50,015 bases of DNA from assembly GCA_015488495.1 (NCBI GenBank), contig WFNS01000294.1, positions 1-50,015 on the forward strand, read 5' to 3'. Each line of letters opens with the position of its first letter. Within the stretch, counting starts at the first letter, position 1. Source of the DNA: Gammaproteobacteria bacterium. GTDB taxonomy: Bacteria > Pseudomonadota > Gammaproteobacteria > Thiohalospirales > Thiohalospiraceae. Below the pieces are notes generated by a model that saw only the letters and a list, made by a program, of their open reading frames with translations, was not told where the DNA came from and did no database searches. This document shows, piece by piece, positions 30,224 through 43,260 of the stretch. The position numbers and the translations under genes were made by a program.

Positions 30224-31795
30224 TCAATGCCGGAAATGACGCATGCCGGTGAAGAGCATGGCCATCCCGTGTTCGTTCGCGGCTGCGATCACCTCTTCGT
30301 CGCGAACGGAGCCCCCCGGCTGGATGACTGCCCGGATACCCGCCTTCGCTGCGGCGTCGATCCCGTCCCGGAAGGGGAAGAAGGCATCCGAGGCCATCAC
30401 CGAACCGGATACCTGCAAACCTTCGTCCGCCGCCTTGATGCCGGCGATGCGGGCGCTGTAGACCCGGCTCATCTGCCCGGCGCCGATGCCGATGGTCCGC
30501 TGGTCGCGGGCATACACGATGGCATTGGACTTGACATACTTTGCCACCTTCCAGGCAAACAGGAGATCGGAGAGCTGCTCCCCGGTCGGGTGGAGCCGGC
30601 TGACCACTCTCAGCCCCTCCTCACTCACCATGGCGAGGTCCCGATCCTGGATCAGCACTCCCCCGTTGACCCGTTTGTAATCGAGGCCGGGAACGGGTAT
30701 TCGTTGCCAGTTGCCACATGCCAGGAGGCGGACGTTCTTTTTTTCTGCCACCACGGCTATCGCCTCCTCGCTGACCTCGGGGGCGATGATCACCTCCACG
30801 AACTGGCGGGAGATGATGGCACGGGCGGTGGCGGCATCCAGTTCCCGGTTGAAGGCGATGATTCCTCCGAAGGCGGAGGTGGGGTCGGTGCTGTAGGCCC
30901 GCTCATAGGCGACACCGATGTCGTCAGCCAGGGCCACGCCGCACGGGTTGGCGTGCTTGACGATGACACAGGCCGGGACATCGAACTGTTTGACGCACTC
31001 CAGGGCGGCATCGGTATCGGCGATGTTGTTGAAGGAGAGTGCCTTGCCATGGAGCTGGCGGGCGGTGGCCACGCTGGCCTCGACGGCCCGTTCATCCGTA
31101 TCCAAATAGAAGGCGGCCTGCTGATGGGGGTTTTCCCCGTAGCGCAGATCCTGGGATTTTTTCAGTTGCAGGTTGAAGGTGCGGGGAAATTTCGTTTTTT
31201 CCCCGTCGGGCTGGATAGCGCCCAGATAATTGGCGATGGCTCCGTCGTAGGCCGCGGTGTGCTCGAATGCCTTGACCGCCAGCGAGAAGCGGGTGGCTTC
31301 GCTCACTGCTCCCTCGTTCTGCTCCATCTCCGCCAGTATGGCATCGTAGTCGCCGCTGTCCACCACCACCGTGACGGCGGTGTAGTTCTTGGCCGCAGCG
31401 CGCAGCATGGCGGGGCCCCCGATGTCGATGTTTTCGATGGCGGTGGCCAGATCGCACCCTTCCCGGGCCACGGTCTGTTGGAAGGGATAGAGGTTGACGA
31501 CTACCAGATCGATGGGCGCAATGCCGTGCTCCCTCATCGTCTGGTCGTCGATACCACGTCGGCCCAGCAGCCCTCCGTGGATGAGCGGGTGCAGCGTCTT
31601 GATACGTCCTCCCATCATTTCCGGGAAACCGGTGTGGTCGGAGACGTCGGTTACCGGGATTTGGTTCTCTTTCAGCAGACTGCTCGTGCCGCCGGTGGAG
31701 AGGATCTCCACCCCTTTCCGGGCAAGCTGTTGAGCGAATCGGACGATACCGGTCTTGTCCGACACGCTGATCAGGGCGCGTTCGATTGGGGGCAT
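30224..31795 (-). CDS. purH: Bifunctional AICAR transformylase / IMP cyclohydrolase
   Basis: 523 aa, ...[19 protein letters not shown]...GGTSSLL..., ending ...[10 protein letters not shown]. Confidence 0.96.
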   Translation of the reverse strand: MPPIERALISVSDKTGIVRFAQQLARKGVEILSTGGTSSLLKENQIPVTDVSDHTGFPEMMGGRIKTLHPLIHGGLLGRRGIDDQTMREHGIAPIDLVVVNLYPFQQTVAREGCDLATAIENIDIGGPAMLRAAAKNYTAVTVVVDSGDYDAILAEMEQNEGAVSEATRFSLAVKAFEHTAAYDGAIANYLGAIQPDGEKTKFPRTFNLQLKKSQDLRYGENPHQQAAFYLDTDERAVEASVATARQLHGKALSFNNIADTDAALECVKQFDVPACVIVKHANPCGVALADDIGVAYERAYSTDPTSAFGGIIAFNRELDAATARAIISRQFVEVIIAPEVSEEAIAVVAEKKNVRLLACGNWQRIPVPGLDYKRVNGGVLIQDRDLAMVSEEGLRVVSRLHPTGEQLSDLLFAWKVAKYVKSNAIVYARDQRTIGIGAGQMSRVYSARIAGIKAADEGLQVSGSVMASDAFFPFRDGIDAAAKAGIRAVIQPGGSVRDEEVIAAANEHGMAMLFTGMRHFRH

Positions 31796-31853
31796 GACTC
31801 CTCTCGGTCGATAGGGCGCTGTTGCTCGAATCGTAAGTGAAAAAGGTTCGTCG

Positions 31854-32117
31854 TCAGATGAGTTCGTGTTCTTTGAGGCGCTTGCGCAGGGTTGCCCGAT
31901 TGATGCCGAGATACTGGGCGGCCTTGGTCTGGTTGCCGCCGGTGTGGTTCAGCACGATCTCCAGCAGGGGGCGTTCCACCTGCCGCATCACCATCTCGTA
32001 GAGGTTTCCCCCCGGCTGGCCGTCCAAATCAGAAAAATAACGGTTGAGGGCGTATTCCATGTAGTCGCCCAGATTCTTGGGGGGGTGGAGGTTTTCTTGT
32101 TTCAGAACAGCGTTCAT
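31854..32117 (-). CDS. fis: DNA-binding protein Fis
   Basis: 87 aa from MNAVLKQ...; C-terminal HTH ...[32 protein letters not shown] overlap with the dusB stop, the canonical dusB-fis operon arrangement. Confidence 0.9.
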   Translation of the reverse strand: MNAVLKQENLHPPKNLGDYMEYALNRYFSDLDGQPGGNLYEMVMRQVERPLLEIVLNHTGGNQTKAAQYLGINRATLRKRLKEHELI

Positions 32118-33109
32118 GCAGCCAACTCCTCTCTGGTTATCAACCGGTCGAAAAAATCCCGAGTTGCGGCCAGTTGTTGTGTGCTGGTCTCCAGCTGATT
32201 GATCTCTTTGCGAAAAGCGGCACCGTTGGGTTGGGACTTGCTGTACCAGCAGATGTGTTTGCGGGCCATCCGCACGCCTGTGTATTCTCCATAGAACTCG
32301 TGGATGGCCTGGATGTGTTCCAGCAATGTGTCCCGGATTTCGCCGAGACTCGGGCGCGCAAGGTGGGTACCGGTGGCCAGGTAGTGATTGATTTCCCGGA
32401 AGATCCACGGGTTTCCCTGGGCGCCCCGGCCTATCATCACCGCATCGGCCCCGGTGTACTCCAGGACAAATCTGGCCTTTTCAGGGGTGGTGATGTCGCC
32501 GTTGGCGATCACCGGGATGGAGACGGTCTCCTTGATGGCGCGGATGGTGTCGTATTCGGCATGGCCTTTGTAGCCACAGGCCCGGGTCCTGCCGTGTACC
32601 GCCAGCGACTGGATGCCGGCGGCCTCCGCGATACGGGCGATGCGGACACCGTTGCGGCTGTCGCTGTCCCAGCCGGTGCGGATCTTGAGGGTGACCGGCA
32701 CCGTTACTGCTCCCACCACCGCTTCGAGGATACGGCCCACCAGTCGTTCATCCCTGAGCAGAGCGGATCCCGCCATTACATTACATACTTTCTTGGCGGG
32801 ACAGCCCATGTTGATGTCGATGATCTGTGCTCCCCGATCGGCATTGTATCGGGCGGCCTCGGCCAGCAGCCGCGGATCGGAGCCCGCAATCTGCACCACC
32901 CGCGGTTCCTGTTCTCCCAGATGGTTGGTGCGGTTCAGGGTCTTTTGGCTTCCCCAAAGCAGGGAGTTGGCGGTCACCATCTCCGACACCGCCATGCCTG
33001 CCCCCAATCGCTTGCATAACTGGCGGAAGGGGCGGTCGGTAATACCGGCCATCGGTGCCAGTATCGCCTTGCTGGTGATGGAATAGGGACCTATACGCAT
33101 CTGTTCCAT
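32114..33109 (-). CDS. dusB: tRNA-dihydrouridine synthase B
   Basis: 331 aa, ...ILAPMAGITDRPFRQLCKRLGAGMAVSEMV...; upstream of fis. Confidence 0.93.
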   Translation of the reverse strand: MEQMRIGPYSITSKAILAPMAGITDRPFRQLCKRLGAGMAVSEMVTANSLLWGSQKTLNRTNHLGEQEPRVVQIAGSDPRLLAEAARYNADRGAQIIDINMGCPAKKVCNVMAGSALLRDERLVGRILEAVVGAVTVPVTLKIRTGWDSDSRNGVRIARIAEAAGIQSLAVHGRTRACGYKGHAEYDTIRAIKETVSIPVIANGDITTPEKARFVLEYTGADAVMIGRGAQGNPWIFREINHYLATGTHLARPSLGEIRDTLLEHIQAIHEFYGEYTGVRMARKHICWYSKSQPNGAAFRKEINQLETSTQQLAATRDFFDRLITREELAA

Positions 33110-33307
33110 AGATTAAAGCATACCTGCCCGCGCAAACCCGGGGAGGGAGAGTGACAATGGGTACGGAAACTCGGAAAAACAGCCCTGGTGAATTGCTACC
33201 GGGGAACCCTATCATACCGTTTCGTGATGAGGGTATAAAGGGGCATTGTGGTATGTGCGTTACATTTCGTCAGCCGGCAAAACGGTACGGAGATCCGGGT
33301 GGCTGAA

Positions 33308-34594
33308 TCAATGAATCTCCTCTTCGGTCGATTCCTGCCGCAGGTTTGGGTAGATGCGCACTGTTTTGACAGTGTTGGATGAGGTCTGGATGATCTCGAT
33401 GGGGTAACCTGCAATCCGCAGGCTGGTTCCCGGTTCCGGAATGGTCTCCAGGTATTCCACGATCAGCCCGCTGATGGTGTTCGGGCCATCCGTGGGAAGT
33501 TCCAGCTTCAGCATACGGTTGAGACTGCGGATGGAGATGCCGCCATCCACCAGATAGGAACCGTCACTCTGGGGATGAACGTCCCTGACCAGCTGGGACG
33601 GATCGGTGGTGAATTCGCCCACGATCTCCTCCAGGATATCTTCCAGGGTGACGAGCCCCAGAAAGTCACCGTATTCATCCACCACCAGCCCGATGCGGCG
33701 CCGTTCCCGCTGGAAATTGAGTAGCTGAGTGTTCAGCGGTGTTCCCTCGGGGATGAAGTAGGGCTCCTGGATAGCCTCCATGAAGTGTTCCCTGGTCAGG
33801 TTGTGCTCCAGGAAGAGCCGCAGGATGTTGCGGGCATGGACGATGCCCACGATGTTGTCGATGGAGCCGCGATATACCGGTAGCCGGGTGTGCTGGCTGT
33901 CGAACAGGTGCTTCCTGATTTCGCTCCACTCTTCCTCGAGGTCGATGCCGGCCACCTCGTTGCGCGGCACCATGATGTCTTCCACATTGATCTTTTCCAT
34001 GTCCAGGATGCTCACCAGCATACGCTGGTGACGACGGGGGATCATGGCGCCGGCTTCATTGACCACGGTACGCAGCTCTTCGGCGCTGAGGGCCTGTATC
34101 GAGCTGGTTTCCACCGGAATACGGAACAGTCTCATCAGACCCTTGGTGATCAGGCTGATGGCCCAGACCACGGGGTAGAGCAGTTTGAGTAGCGGTTCCA
34201 GCACGTATGTCGCAGGAAAGGCGAAGCGTTCCGGGTGGAGGGCGGCCAGGGTCTTGGGAGTGACCTCCGCGAAGATGAGGATGACCAGGGTCAGCAGCCC
34301 GGTGGCCACGGCGATCCCCGCCTCTCCCATCAGCCGCAGCGCGATGATGGTGGCGATGGAGGAGGCGAGGATGTTGACGAAGTTGTTGCCCAGCAGGATC
34401 AGGCCAATCAGCCTGTCAGTGCGTTTGAGCAGGCGGCTGGCGCGGCGTGCCCCGGTATGACCGATCTTGGCCAGATGGCGCAGGCGGTAGCGATTGAGGC
34501 TGATCAGGGCGGTCTCGGAACCGGAAAAAAAACCGGACAGTACGATTAGGAATGCGAGAACCAGGAACAGCAGGATCAGGGGTATCTCGTCCAA
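33308..34594 (-). CDS. HlyC/CorC-family transporter (DUF21/CNNM - CBS pair - CorC_HlyC)
   Basis: 428 aa. N-terminal TM region with SGSETAL, then CBS-type segments and a C-terminal transporter-associated domain. Confidence 0.85.
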   Translation of the reverse strand: MDEIPLILLFLVLAFLIVLSGFFSGSETALISLNRYRLRHLAKIGHTGARRASRLLKRTDRLIGLILLGNNFVNILASSIATIIALRLMGEAGIAVATGLLTLVILIFAEVTPKTLAALHPERFAFPATYVLEPLLKLLYPVVWAISLITKGLMRLFRIPVETSSIQALSAEELRTVVNEAGAMIPRRHQRMLVSILDMEKINVEDIMVPRNEVAGIDLEEEWSEIRKHLFDSQHTRLPVYRGSIDNIVGIVHARNILRLFLEHNLTREHFMEAIQEPYFIPEGTPLNTQLLNFQRERRRIGLVVDEYGDFLGLVTLEDILEEIVGEFTTDPSQLVRDVHPQSDGSYLVDGGISIRSLNRMLKLELPTDGPNTISGLIVEYLETIPEPGTSLRIAGYPIEIIQTSSNTVKTVRIYPNLRQESTEEEIH

Positions 34595-34613
34595 GAGAGT
34601 CTTGCTCCTCGTT

Positions 34614-35426
34614 CTACGTTCGCTGGAGCACGAGTTCCAGGATCAGTTTGCTGCCGAAGTAACCCACCAGCAAGGCTACCAGTCCGCCCATCGTCCAGCG
34701 AATGGCGGTCCGTCCCCGCCAGCCGAATCGCCAGCGCCCCCAAAGTAGGATGGCGAACATGAGCCAGGCGACGATGGAAAGGACCGTCTTGTGGACCAGG
34801 TGCTGGGCAAAGATATCGTCCACGAACAGGATGCCGTTGAACAGGGCAAGGCTGAGAAAGACGAATCCCAGCCCGATGATCTGGAACAGCAGTCGTTCCA
34901 TGGTCTCCAGCGGGGGCAATGCGCGGATGAAACCGCCGGGCCTGCGGTTACGCAGATGTTTGTCCTGGATGGCGAGCAGGATGGCCTGCAGTGCGGCAAT
35001 ACTGAGCAGGCTGAAAGCCAGGAGGGAGAGCAGGATATGGATCTCCAGACCGGTCGAGGCATTGGTCAGGAGTACCGGTCTGGCCGGTACGAACAGCTGC
35101 ACCGCCAGCGTCAGGGCCGCCAATGGCAACAGGGCGATGGCCAGGTTCTCGATGGGGGTCTTCAATGCCGACAGCAACAGCAGCAGGGCAGCCAGCCAGA
35201 CTGCCAGCGAAGCGACGTTGACCACCTCCAGATCGGTACCCGCAGGGGTGAAGATGGCGCCAAAAAGTGCCACTCCATGCAGTGCCACCCCGAGCAGCCC
35301 ACCCAGAATCAGGGTTTGCCGCGTGATCCCCCAGGGAAAAGGGCGCCTGGTCTGGAGTCTCAACCCAAACAGGAAGGCGACCAGCAGATAGAGCAGTATG
35401 GCTAAGATGCCGGATAGTGTACTCAT
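34614..35426 (-). CDS. Inner membrane protein, cytochrome c assembly (CcsA/YpjD-like) family
   Basis: 270 aa polytopic membrane protein. Its position next to the CorC-like gene matches the ypjD-yfjD pair of enterobacteria. Confidence 0.7.
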   Translation of the reverse strand: MSTLSGILAILLYLLVAFLFGLRLQTRRPFPWGITRQTLILGGLLGVALHGVALFGAIFTPAGTDLEVVNVASLAVWLAALLLLLSALKTPIENLAIALLPLAALTLAVQLFVPARPVLLTNASTGLEIHILLSLLAFSLLSIAALQAILLAIQDKHLRNRRPGGFIRALPPLETMERLLFQIIGLGFVFLSLALFNGILFVDDIFAQHLVHKTVLSIVAWLMFAILLWGRWRFGWRGRTAIRWTMGGLVALLVGYFGSKLILELVLQRT

Positions 35427-35515
35427 GGGCCCCCGATCACTTGTTCAGGGTTGCATGATGGCATATCCATCACTGATCCGCCAAACGGGAATTGTCGGCT
35501 GTTCCGGCCATGGAC

Positions 35516-36073
35516 CTATTTTATCAGCTGGCTGATTCTCTTGAAGTGAGGGTGGCGGGCATCTTCCAGCCACTCGAACAGAGTGGATTCCAGACAGGTG
35601 ATAGAGATCCCTCTCCGCGCCATGCGTTCGATGGCGTTGCGATGGTTGTTCTTGGTGCGGGAGCAGACCGCATCCTCCACTACGTACACCTGGTAGCCAC
35701 TGGTGATCAGGTCGAAGGCGGTCTGCAGGATGCAGACATGGGTTTCGACTCCGGCGAGTATCACCTGGGAGCGTTTCGTCTGCTCCAGCGAGCGGCAAAA
35801 ATTCTCTGCCCGGCAGCAGGAAAAGGAGGTCTTGTCGACGGTGGCTGCAGCACCTTCCGGCAGGAAGGAAACAGTGTCTCCCAGCCCTTTCGGGTACTGG
35901 CGGGTCACGATGAACGGGATCTCCAGATCGGCGGCCGTTCTTCCCAGGATGGCGCTGTTCTGAATCGTCCGGGCACGGACACCCGCCGGCATGGCGTCCA
36001 TCAGGCGTTGCTGGAGATCCACCAGTACCAACACGCTTGCGCGGGCCCGGCTCAGCTTTGGAGATGGGCTCAT
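35516..36073 (-). CDS. Isochorismatase-family (cysteine) hydrolase
   Basis: 185 aa, ...VLVLVDLQQRL...IPFIVTRQYPKGLG...VILAGVETHVCILQTAFDL... Confidence 0.8.
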   Translation of the reverse strand: MSPSPKLSRARASVLVLVDLQQRLMDAMPAGVRARTIQNSAILGRTAADLEIPFIVTRQYPKGLGDTVSFLPEGAAATVDKTSFSCCRAENFCRSLEQTKRSQVILAGVETHVCILQTAFDLITSGYQVYVVEDAVCSRTKNNHRNAIERMARRGISITCLESTLFEWLEDARHPHFKRISQLIK

Positions 36074-36195
36074 GGGGAAGGGAGTGCGGTCAAAGACCCT
36101 GGCCCGAAGCGTGGAAGCCGCGTTACGCTACCGGGGAGGGGGTTCCCGCTGTTCATTATCTTTCCGACCCTTGTCCAGCCTGGCTCCAACTCGTT

Positions 36196-36858
36196 TCAGA
36201 GCAGAAAGTGGTCTGGTCGCGGCGCGTTGATCAGGGGAGGGATTTCCGTATTGAAAAGATACTCTTCGCTGAATTCCCCGTCGTCGGAACGGGTAACGAG
36301 GCGGGCCTCCATGGCAGGAGATTCTCCCACGATGGCCACCAGTCGGCCGCCAGGGGCGAGGCTCTTCCGGAAGGACTCGGGCAGGATGGGGAGTGAACCG
36401 GTGATGACGATGACGTCATACGGAGCGTAACGCCCCCACCCCTGTGCGCCATCCCCCTCTTCAAGGGAGATATTCTCGATTCCCTGCTCGTTCAGGTGCT
36501 GCTCGGCTTGCCGCTGCAGCTCAGGGATGATCTCCACGCTATAGACATGACCACCCATGCTAGCCAGAAGGGCGGTGAAATAGCCGCTGCCGGTACCGAT
36601 CTCCAGCACCTTGTCGTCGGCGTGAACCTTTGCCGCCTGCAACAGGCGGCCCTCCACCGCCGGGGTCATCATCACTTGCCCGTGCCCCAGGTCGATATTG
36701 ATCTCCGCATAGGCGAGGTCCCGGAACGCCTTGGGAACGAAGGCCTCCCGGGGAACCTGGCCGATGACATCCAGCACCCGCTGTTCCACCACGTTCCAGG
36801 GGCGGATCTGCTGCTCGATCATGTTGTTTCGGGCCTGTAGATAGTTGAGCTCGGACAT
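36196..36858 (-). CDS. Protein-L-isoaspartate O-methyltransferase-family protein
   Basis: 220 aa from MSELNYLQARNNMIEQQIRPWNV...; SAM motif VLEIGTGSGYFTALLA. The internal ATG at 36858 is preferred over the long ORF-track start. Confidence 0.8.
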   Translation of the reverse strand: MSELNYLQARNNMIEQQIRPWNVVEQRVLDVIGQVPREAFVPKAFRDLAYAEINIDLGHGQVMMTPAVEGRLLQAAKVHADDKVLEIGTGSGYFTALLASMGGHVYSVEIIPELQRQAEQHLNEQGIENISLEEGDGAQGWGRYAPYDVIVITGSLPILPESFRKSLAPGGRLVAIVGESPAMEARLVTRSDDGEFSEEYLFNTEIPPLINAPRPDHFLL

Positions 36859-36903
36859 CGGTCTTTTTCCTAGAGTGCTTGTCAATGGGCGAACTGCCAT
36901 TAG

Positions 36904-39344
<2,441 letters not shown>

Positions 39345-39360
39345 GGAGTGTGCCCTCCGC

Positions 39361-40068
39361 TCAGGCTGCCACCTCCGGGTTTTCCAGCCGCTCCAGCCGG
39401 TAGCCATGCTGGTAGACGGCACTGAGCCGCCAGCCATACTCCGGGGTCAGATGGAGCTTGTTGCGCAGCCGGCTGATGTGGGTGTCCACGGTTCGGGTGT
39501 TGACCCCCGGGGGCATGTTCCACACCTTCTCGAGGATGAAGCCCCGTGACAACAGCTTGCCGTTGTTGCGCAGCAGGAATACCGCCAGGGCGAACTCCTT
39601 CTGCGTCAGCTCGATGGTCTCGTCGCCGAAATGGATGGCGCGCTCGGCGAACACGATGCGGAAGGGGCCGATCTCCAGGACCTCGTTCTCCCCATCTCCG
39701 ACATGGGCCCGGCGTCCGGCGGCTGCGATGCGGGCGATCAGCTCCAGCTGTTTCACCGGTTTGACCATGTAGTCATCGGCCCCGCTTTCCAGAGCCTGAA
39801 CGATGTCCTGCTCGCTGTCACGGGCGGTGACGAAGATGATGGGGGTGCTCTGGCAATGCTCTTCCCGGATCCATTTCAATACGTCGATGCCGCTGGTATC
39901 GGGCAGCATCCAGTCGAGAACGAACAGGTCGTAATGGCGATGCTGCTTCAGGGCGGTCATGAAAGACTCCGCCGTCTCGAAACTGTCACACTGATGACCG
40001 GCGCTCTCCAGCCACAGTTTTATCAGTTCCACCTGATCCCGATCGTCTTCCAGCAAAGCGATGTACAC
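39361..40068 (-). CDS. OmpR/PhoB-family response regulator (no adjacent histidine kinase)
   Basis: 235 aa. Receiver domain (...DLFVLDWMLPDTSG...) plus a winged-helix trans_reg_C domain (...VDTHISRLRNKL...GYRL). Confidence 0.9.
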   Translation of the reverse strand: MYIALLEDDRDQVELIKLWLESAGHQCDSFETAESFMTALKQHRHYDLFVLDWMLPDTSGIDVLKWIREEHCQSTPIIFVTARDSEQDIVQALESGADDYMVKPVKQLELIARIAAAGRRAHVGDGENEVLEIGPFRIVFAERAIHFGDETIELTQKEFALAVFLLRNNGKLLSRGFILEKVWNMPPGVNTRTVDTHISRLRNKLHLTPEYGWRLSAVYQHGYRLERLENPEVAA

Positions 40069-40151
40069 GGTTCGAATCCTCGGCGTTGATCTCTGACTAT
40101 GATAACTCTATCGGAGTGTAGCAAAAATATCTTGAGGGCCCGCCGGTGCGG

Positions 40152-41006
40152 TCAGCGGTTCTCCCCACGCGCCACCCGCAGCAGGACCCGGTCCAGGGCG
40201 GCGTGGGGCAGGGTGCGCTTGAGGGTGGCGAACAGCCAGGTGGGGAAGGTGACATAGTAGCGTACGCGAGGCCGCTCGCTCTCCAGGGCGTGGATCACCT
40301 TTTTCAGCACCGCATCCGGTGGCAGGGTGAAGGGGGCGGCGGGCCCGGGTTTGGCCAGCCGTTTTTCCATCGCCTCGTAGGCGGCCCAGTGGACGCTGTT
40401 GCGGGCGTCCACGTTGCGCTGGAACATGAGCCGGGCGTTGGCGCGGAAGCGGCTGGTGATGGGACCCGGCTCGATCAGGGAGATGTGGATGTTGCTTCCC
40501 GCCAGCTCCAGCCGCAGGGTGTCGGTGAGCCCCTCCAGGGCATATTTACTGGCGTTGTAGGCGCCGCGGTAGGCCATCGCCACGAACCCCAGCACCGAGC
40601 TGTTCTGGATGATACGGCCGTGGCCCTGCCGGCGCATCACCGGGATGATGCAGCGGGTGAGCTCGTGGGTGCCGAACAGGTTGGTCTCGAACTGCGCCCG
40701 CAGCACCTCCCGGCTCAGATCCTCCACCGCTCCCGGTTGCCCGTAGGCGCCGTTGTTGAACAGAGCGTAGAGGGTGCCCCCGGTCCGCTCCAGGACGCCC
40801 TCCACGGCTTGCCGGATGGAGGCCGGGTGATCCAGATCCAGCTGCAGTGACTCCAGCCCCCGAGACTGCAGATCGGCCACGTCTTGCGCCTTGCGGGCGG
40901 TGGCGAACACCCGGTAGCCCCGCTGTTGCAGCCCCTCCGCCACGCAGCGGCCGATGCCGCTGGAGCAGCCGGTGATCAGGATGGAACGTTCAGTCGGTTT
41001 GCTCAT
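40152..41006 (-). CDS. Short-chain dehydrogenase/reductase (SDR) family oxidoreductase
   Basis: 284 aa, TGCSSGIG cofactor motif and YxxxK (YNASK). The start overlaps the upstream ABC gene stop by 17 nt. Confidence 0.88.
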   Translation of the reverse strand: MSKPTERSILITGCSSGIGRCVAEGLQQRGYRVFATARKAQDVADLQSRGLESLQLDLDHPASIRQAVEGVLERTGGTLYALFNNGAYGQPGAVEDLSREVLRAQFETNLFGTHELTRCIIPVMRRQGHGRIIQNSSVLGFVAMAYRGAYNASKYALEGLTDTLRLELAGSNIHISLIEPGPITSRFRANARLMFQRNVDARNSVHWAAYEAMEKRLAKPGPAAPFTLPPDAVLKKVIHALESERPRVRYYVTFPTWLFATLKRTLPHAALDRVLLRVARGENR

Positions 41007-42783
41007 CGTGTCGTCTCTGTTGCAATTCCCACATGTGGGCGTAGTGACCGCCCCTGGCCAGCAGCTCCCGGTGGGTGCCCTGCTCCACGATCCGGCCCTG
41101 CTCCATCACCAGAATGAGATCCGCATCCACGATGGTGGAGAGCCGGTGGGCGATGACCAGGGTGGTGCGGTGGCTGGCCGCCTCCCGCAGGGTCTGCAGG
41201 ATGGCCTGTTCCGACCTGGAGTCCAGGCTGGAGGTGGCTTCGTCGAAGACCATGATGCGCGGGTCCTTGAGCAGCGCCCGGGCGATGGCGATGCGCTGTT
41301 TCTCGCCGCCGGAGAGCTTCAGGCCCCTTTCTCCCACCCGGGTTTCGTAACCCTCGGGGAGGGATTCGATGAAGTGGTCCAGATGGGCCATGCGCGCCGC
41401 CTCAAGCACCGCCTCGCGGCTCGCCTCGGGGTTGCCGTAGGCGATGTTGTAGTAAATGGTGTCGTTGAACAGCACGGTGTCCTGCGGCACGATGCCGATG
41501 GCCGCGCGCAGGCTCCGCTGGGTGACGTCGCGGATATCCTGGCCGTCGACGAGGATACGTCCACCGGTCACGTCGTAGAAGCGGAACAGCAGGCGGGAGA
41601 GGGTGGACTTTCCGGCCCCGCTGTGTCCCACCACCGCCACCTTTCTGCCGGCGGGGACGGTGAAATCCACGCCAAACAGGATCTGCCGTTCCGGCGTGTA
41701 GGCAAACTCCACCTGTTCGAAGCGGATCTCGCCGCCATCGAGCACCAGATCCGGCGCCCCCGGCCGGTCGGCGATCTCGGCGTGCTTCTCCAGCAGCCCG
41801 AACATCCGCTCCAGATCGGCCAGCGAGTGCTTGATCTCCCGATAGACGAAGCCGAGAAAATTCAACGGCATGTAAAGCTGCAGCAGGAAGGCGTTGACCA
41901 GCACCAGATCGCCCAGGGTCATCTCCCCGGTGGTGACCCGCTGGGCGGCGAGATGCACCAGCAGGGTCATGCCGATGGCGATGATGGCGCCCTGGCCGAA
42001 GTTGAGCGCGGAGAGGGAGGTCTGGTTCTTGATGGCCGCCTGTTCCCACTGGGCCATCTGTTCACCGTAGCGGCGGGTTTCGTACTCTTCGTTGCCGAAA
42101 TATTTCACCGTCTCGTAGTTGAGCAGGGAATCGATGGCGCGGGTATTGGCGCGGGAATCCATCTCGTTCATGGTGCGGCGGAACTTCATGCGCCACTCGG
42201 TCACCACCAGGGTATAGGTGATGTAGGCGGCGATGCTGACGAAGGTGATGATGCCGAACCAGGCATCGTACTTGAACAGCAGGATGCCGATGACCAGCCC
42301 GATCTCCACCAGGGTGGGGAGGATGTTGAACACCATGAAGTTGAGCAGGAACCCCAGCCCGCGGGTGCCCCGCTCGATGTCCCGCGAGACCCCGCCGGTC
42401 TTGCGATCCAGATGAAAACGCAGAGAGAGGTCGTGCAGGTGCCGGAACACCTGGGTGGCGATACTGCGGATGGCCCCCTGGGTCACCTTGGCGAAGATCG
42501 CATCCCGCAGCTCGCCGAACAGGGAGGCGCTCAGGCGCAGCAGACCGAAGGCCAGGATCAGGGCCGTGGGCAGCACCACCACGGGATTCTGTGACACATC
42601 CAGCGCATCGATGATCTGCTTGAGCGTCAGCGGCACGCCGACGTTGGCCAGTTTGGCCAGGATCAGCAGCCCGAACGCCAGCAGCACCCGGTTCCGGTAT
42701 TGCCAGAGATAGGGGAACAGGGAGCGGAGTGCGTTCAGGTCGCGCCTGGCGGAGGTCTCCGGGAAGTGATCACGATAACGCAT
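40990..42783 (-). CDS. ABC transporter, fused permease/ATPase (ABCB/ATM1-HMT1-like exporter)
   Basis: 597 aa. Six-TM domain followed by Walker [10 protein letters not shown], signature LSGGEKQR and Walker [10 protein letters not shown]. Confidence 0.9.
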   Translation of the reverse strand: MRYRDHFPETSARRDLNALRSLFPYLWQYRNRVLLAFGLLILAKLANVGVPLTLKQIIDALDVSQNPVVVLPTALILAFGLLRLSASLFGELRDAIFAKVTQGAIRSIATQVFRHLHDLSLRFHLDRKTGGVSRDIERGTRGLGFLLNFMVFNILPTLVEIGLVIGILLFKYDAWFGIITFVSIAAYITYTLVVTEWRMKFRRTMNEMDSRANTRAIDSLLNYETVKYFGNEEYETRRYGEQMAQWEQAAIKNQTSLSALNFGQGAIIAIGMTLLVHLAAQRVTTGEMTLGDLVLVNAFLLQLYMPLNFLGFVYREIKHSLADLERMFGLLEKHAEIADRPGAPDLVLDGGEIRFEQVEFAYTPERQILFGVDFTVPAGRKVAVVGHSGAGKSTLSRLLFRFYDVTGGRILVDGQDIRDVTQRSLRAAIGIVPQDTVLFNDTIYYNIAYGNPEASREAVLEAARMAHLDHFIESLPEGYETRVGERGLKLSGGEKQRIAIARALLKDPRIMVFDEATSSLDSRSEQAILQTLREAASHRTTLVIAHRLSTIVDADLILVMEQGRIVEQGTHRELLARGGHYAHMWELQQRRHDEQTD

Positions 42784-42875
42784 GGGGTTCTGGTATCATA
42801 CCGCCAAATCTTGAATCGGGTGGGCCAAACCCCCATCTTACCGCATATTTTCATGATGAGAGAGGTTTGTTGACA

Positions 42876-43160
42876 ATGCCGATCTACGAATATCAGTGTC
42901 AGAGTTGCGATCACAAACTGGAGGTCATGCAGAAGATGAGCGACGAGCCGCTCAAGGAGTGTCCGGAGTGCGGCGAGCCGGAGCTGAAGAAGCTGATTTC
43001 GGCGGCCGGCTTCCGGCTCAGCGGGAGTGGCTGGTATGAGACCGACTTCAAATCCGGCAACAAGAAGAATCTGGCCGGAGACGGAGACAAGGCCAAGAGT
43101 GGGGACGCCCCGGCCCCTTGCGGGGCAGAGGGGGGTTGTCCGGCGGCCTGTTCCGATTGA
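42876..43160 (+). CDS. FmdB-family zinc-ribbon protein
   Basis: [43 protein letters not shown]... The start at ATG 42876 lies within the longer ORF-track frame. Confidence 0.85.
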   Translation: MPIYEYQCQSCDHKLEVMQKMSDEPLKECPECGEPELKKLISAAGFRLSGSGWYETDFKSGNKKNLAGDGDKAKSGDAPAPCGAEGGCPAACSD

Positions 43161-43197
43161 GCGCAAGCCGGTCCGGCAGTTCTTCGCTGGTTGCGTG

Positions 43198-43235
43198 GGA
43201 ATGGTACAGGTCGTACCATTCCCCTTTTTCGTTTC
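43198..43235 (+). terminator. Rho-independent terminator
   Basis: 11-bp perfect stem GGGAATGGTAC / GTACCATTCCC with loop AGGTC, followed by CTTTTTCGTTT. Confidence 0.8.
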
Positions 43236-43260
43236 ACCACCACAAGCAAGAAGGATTGAG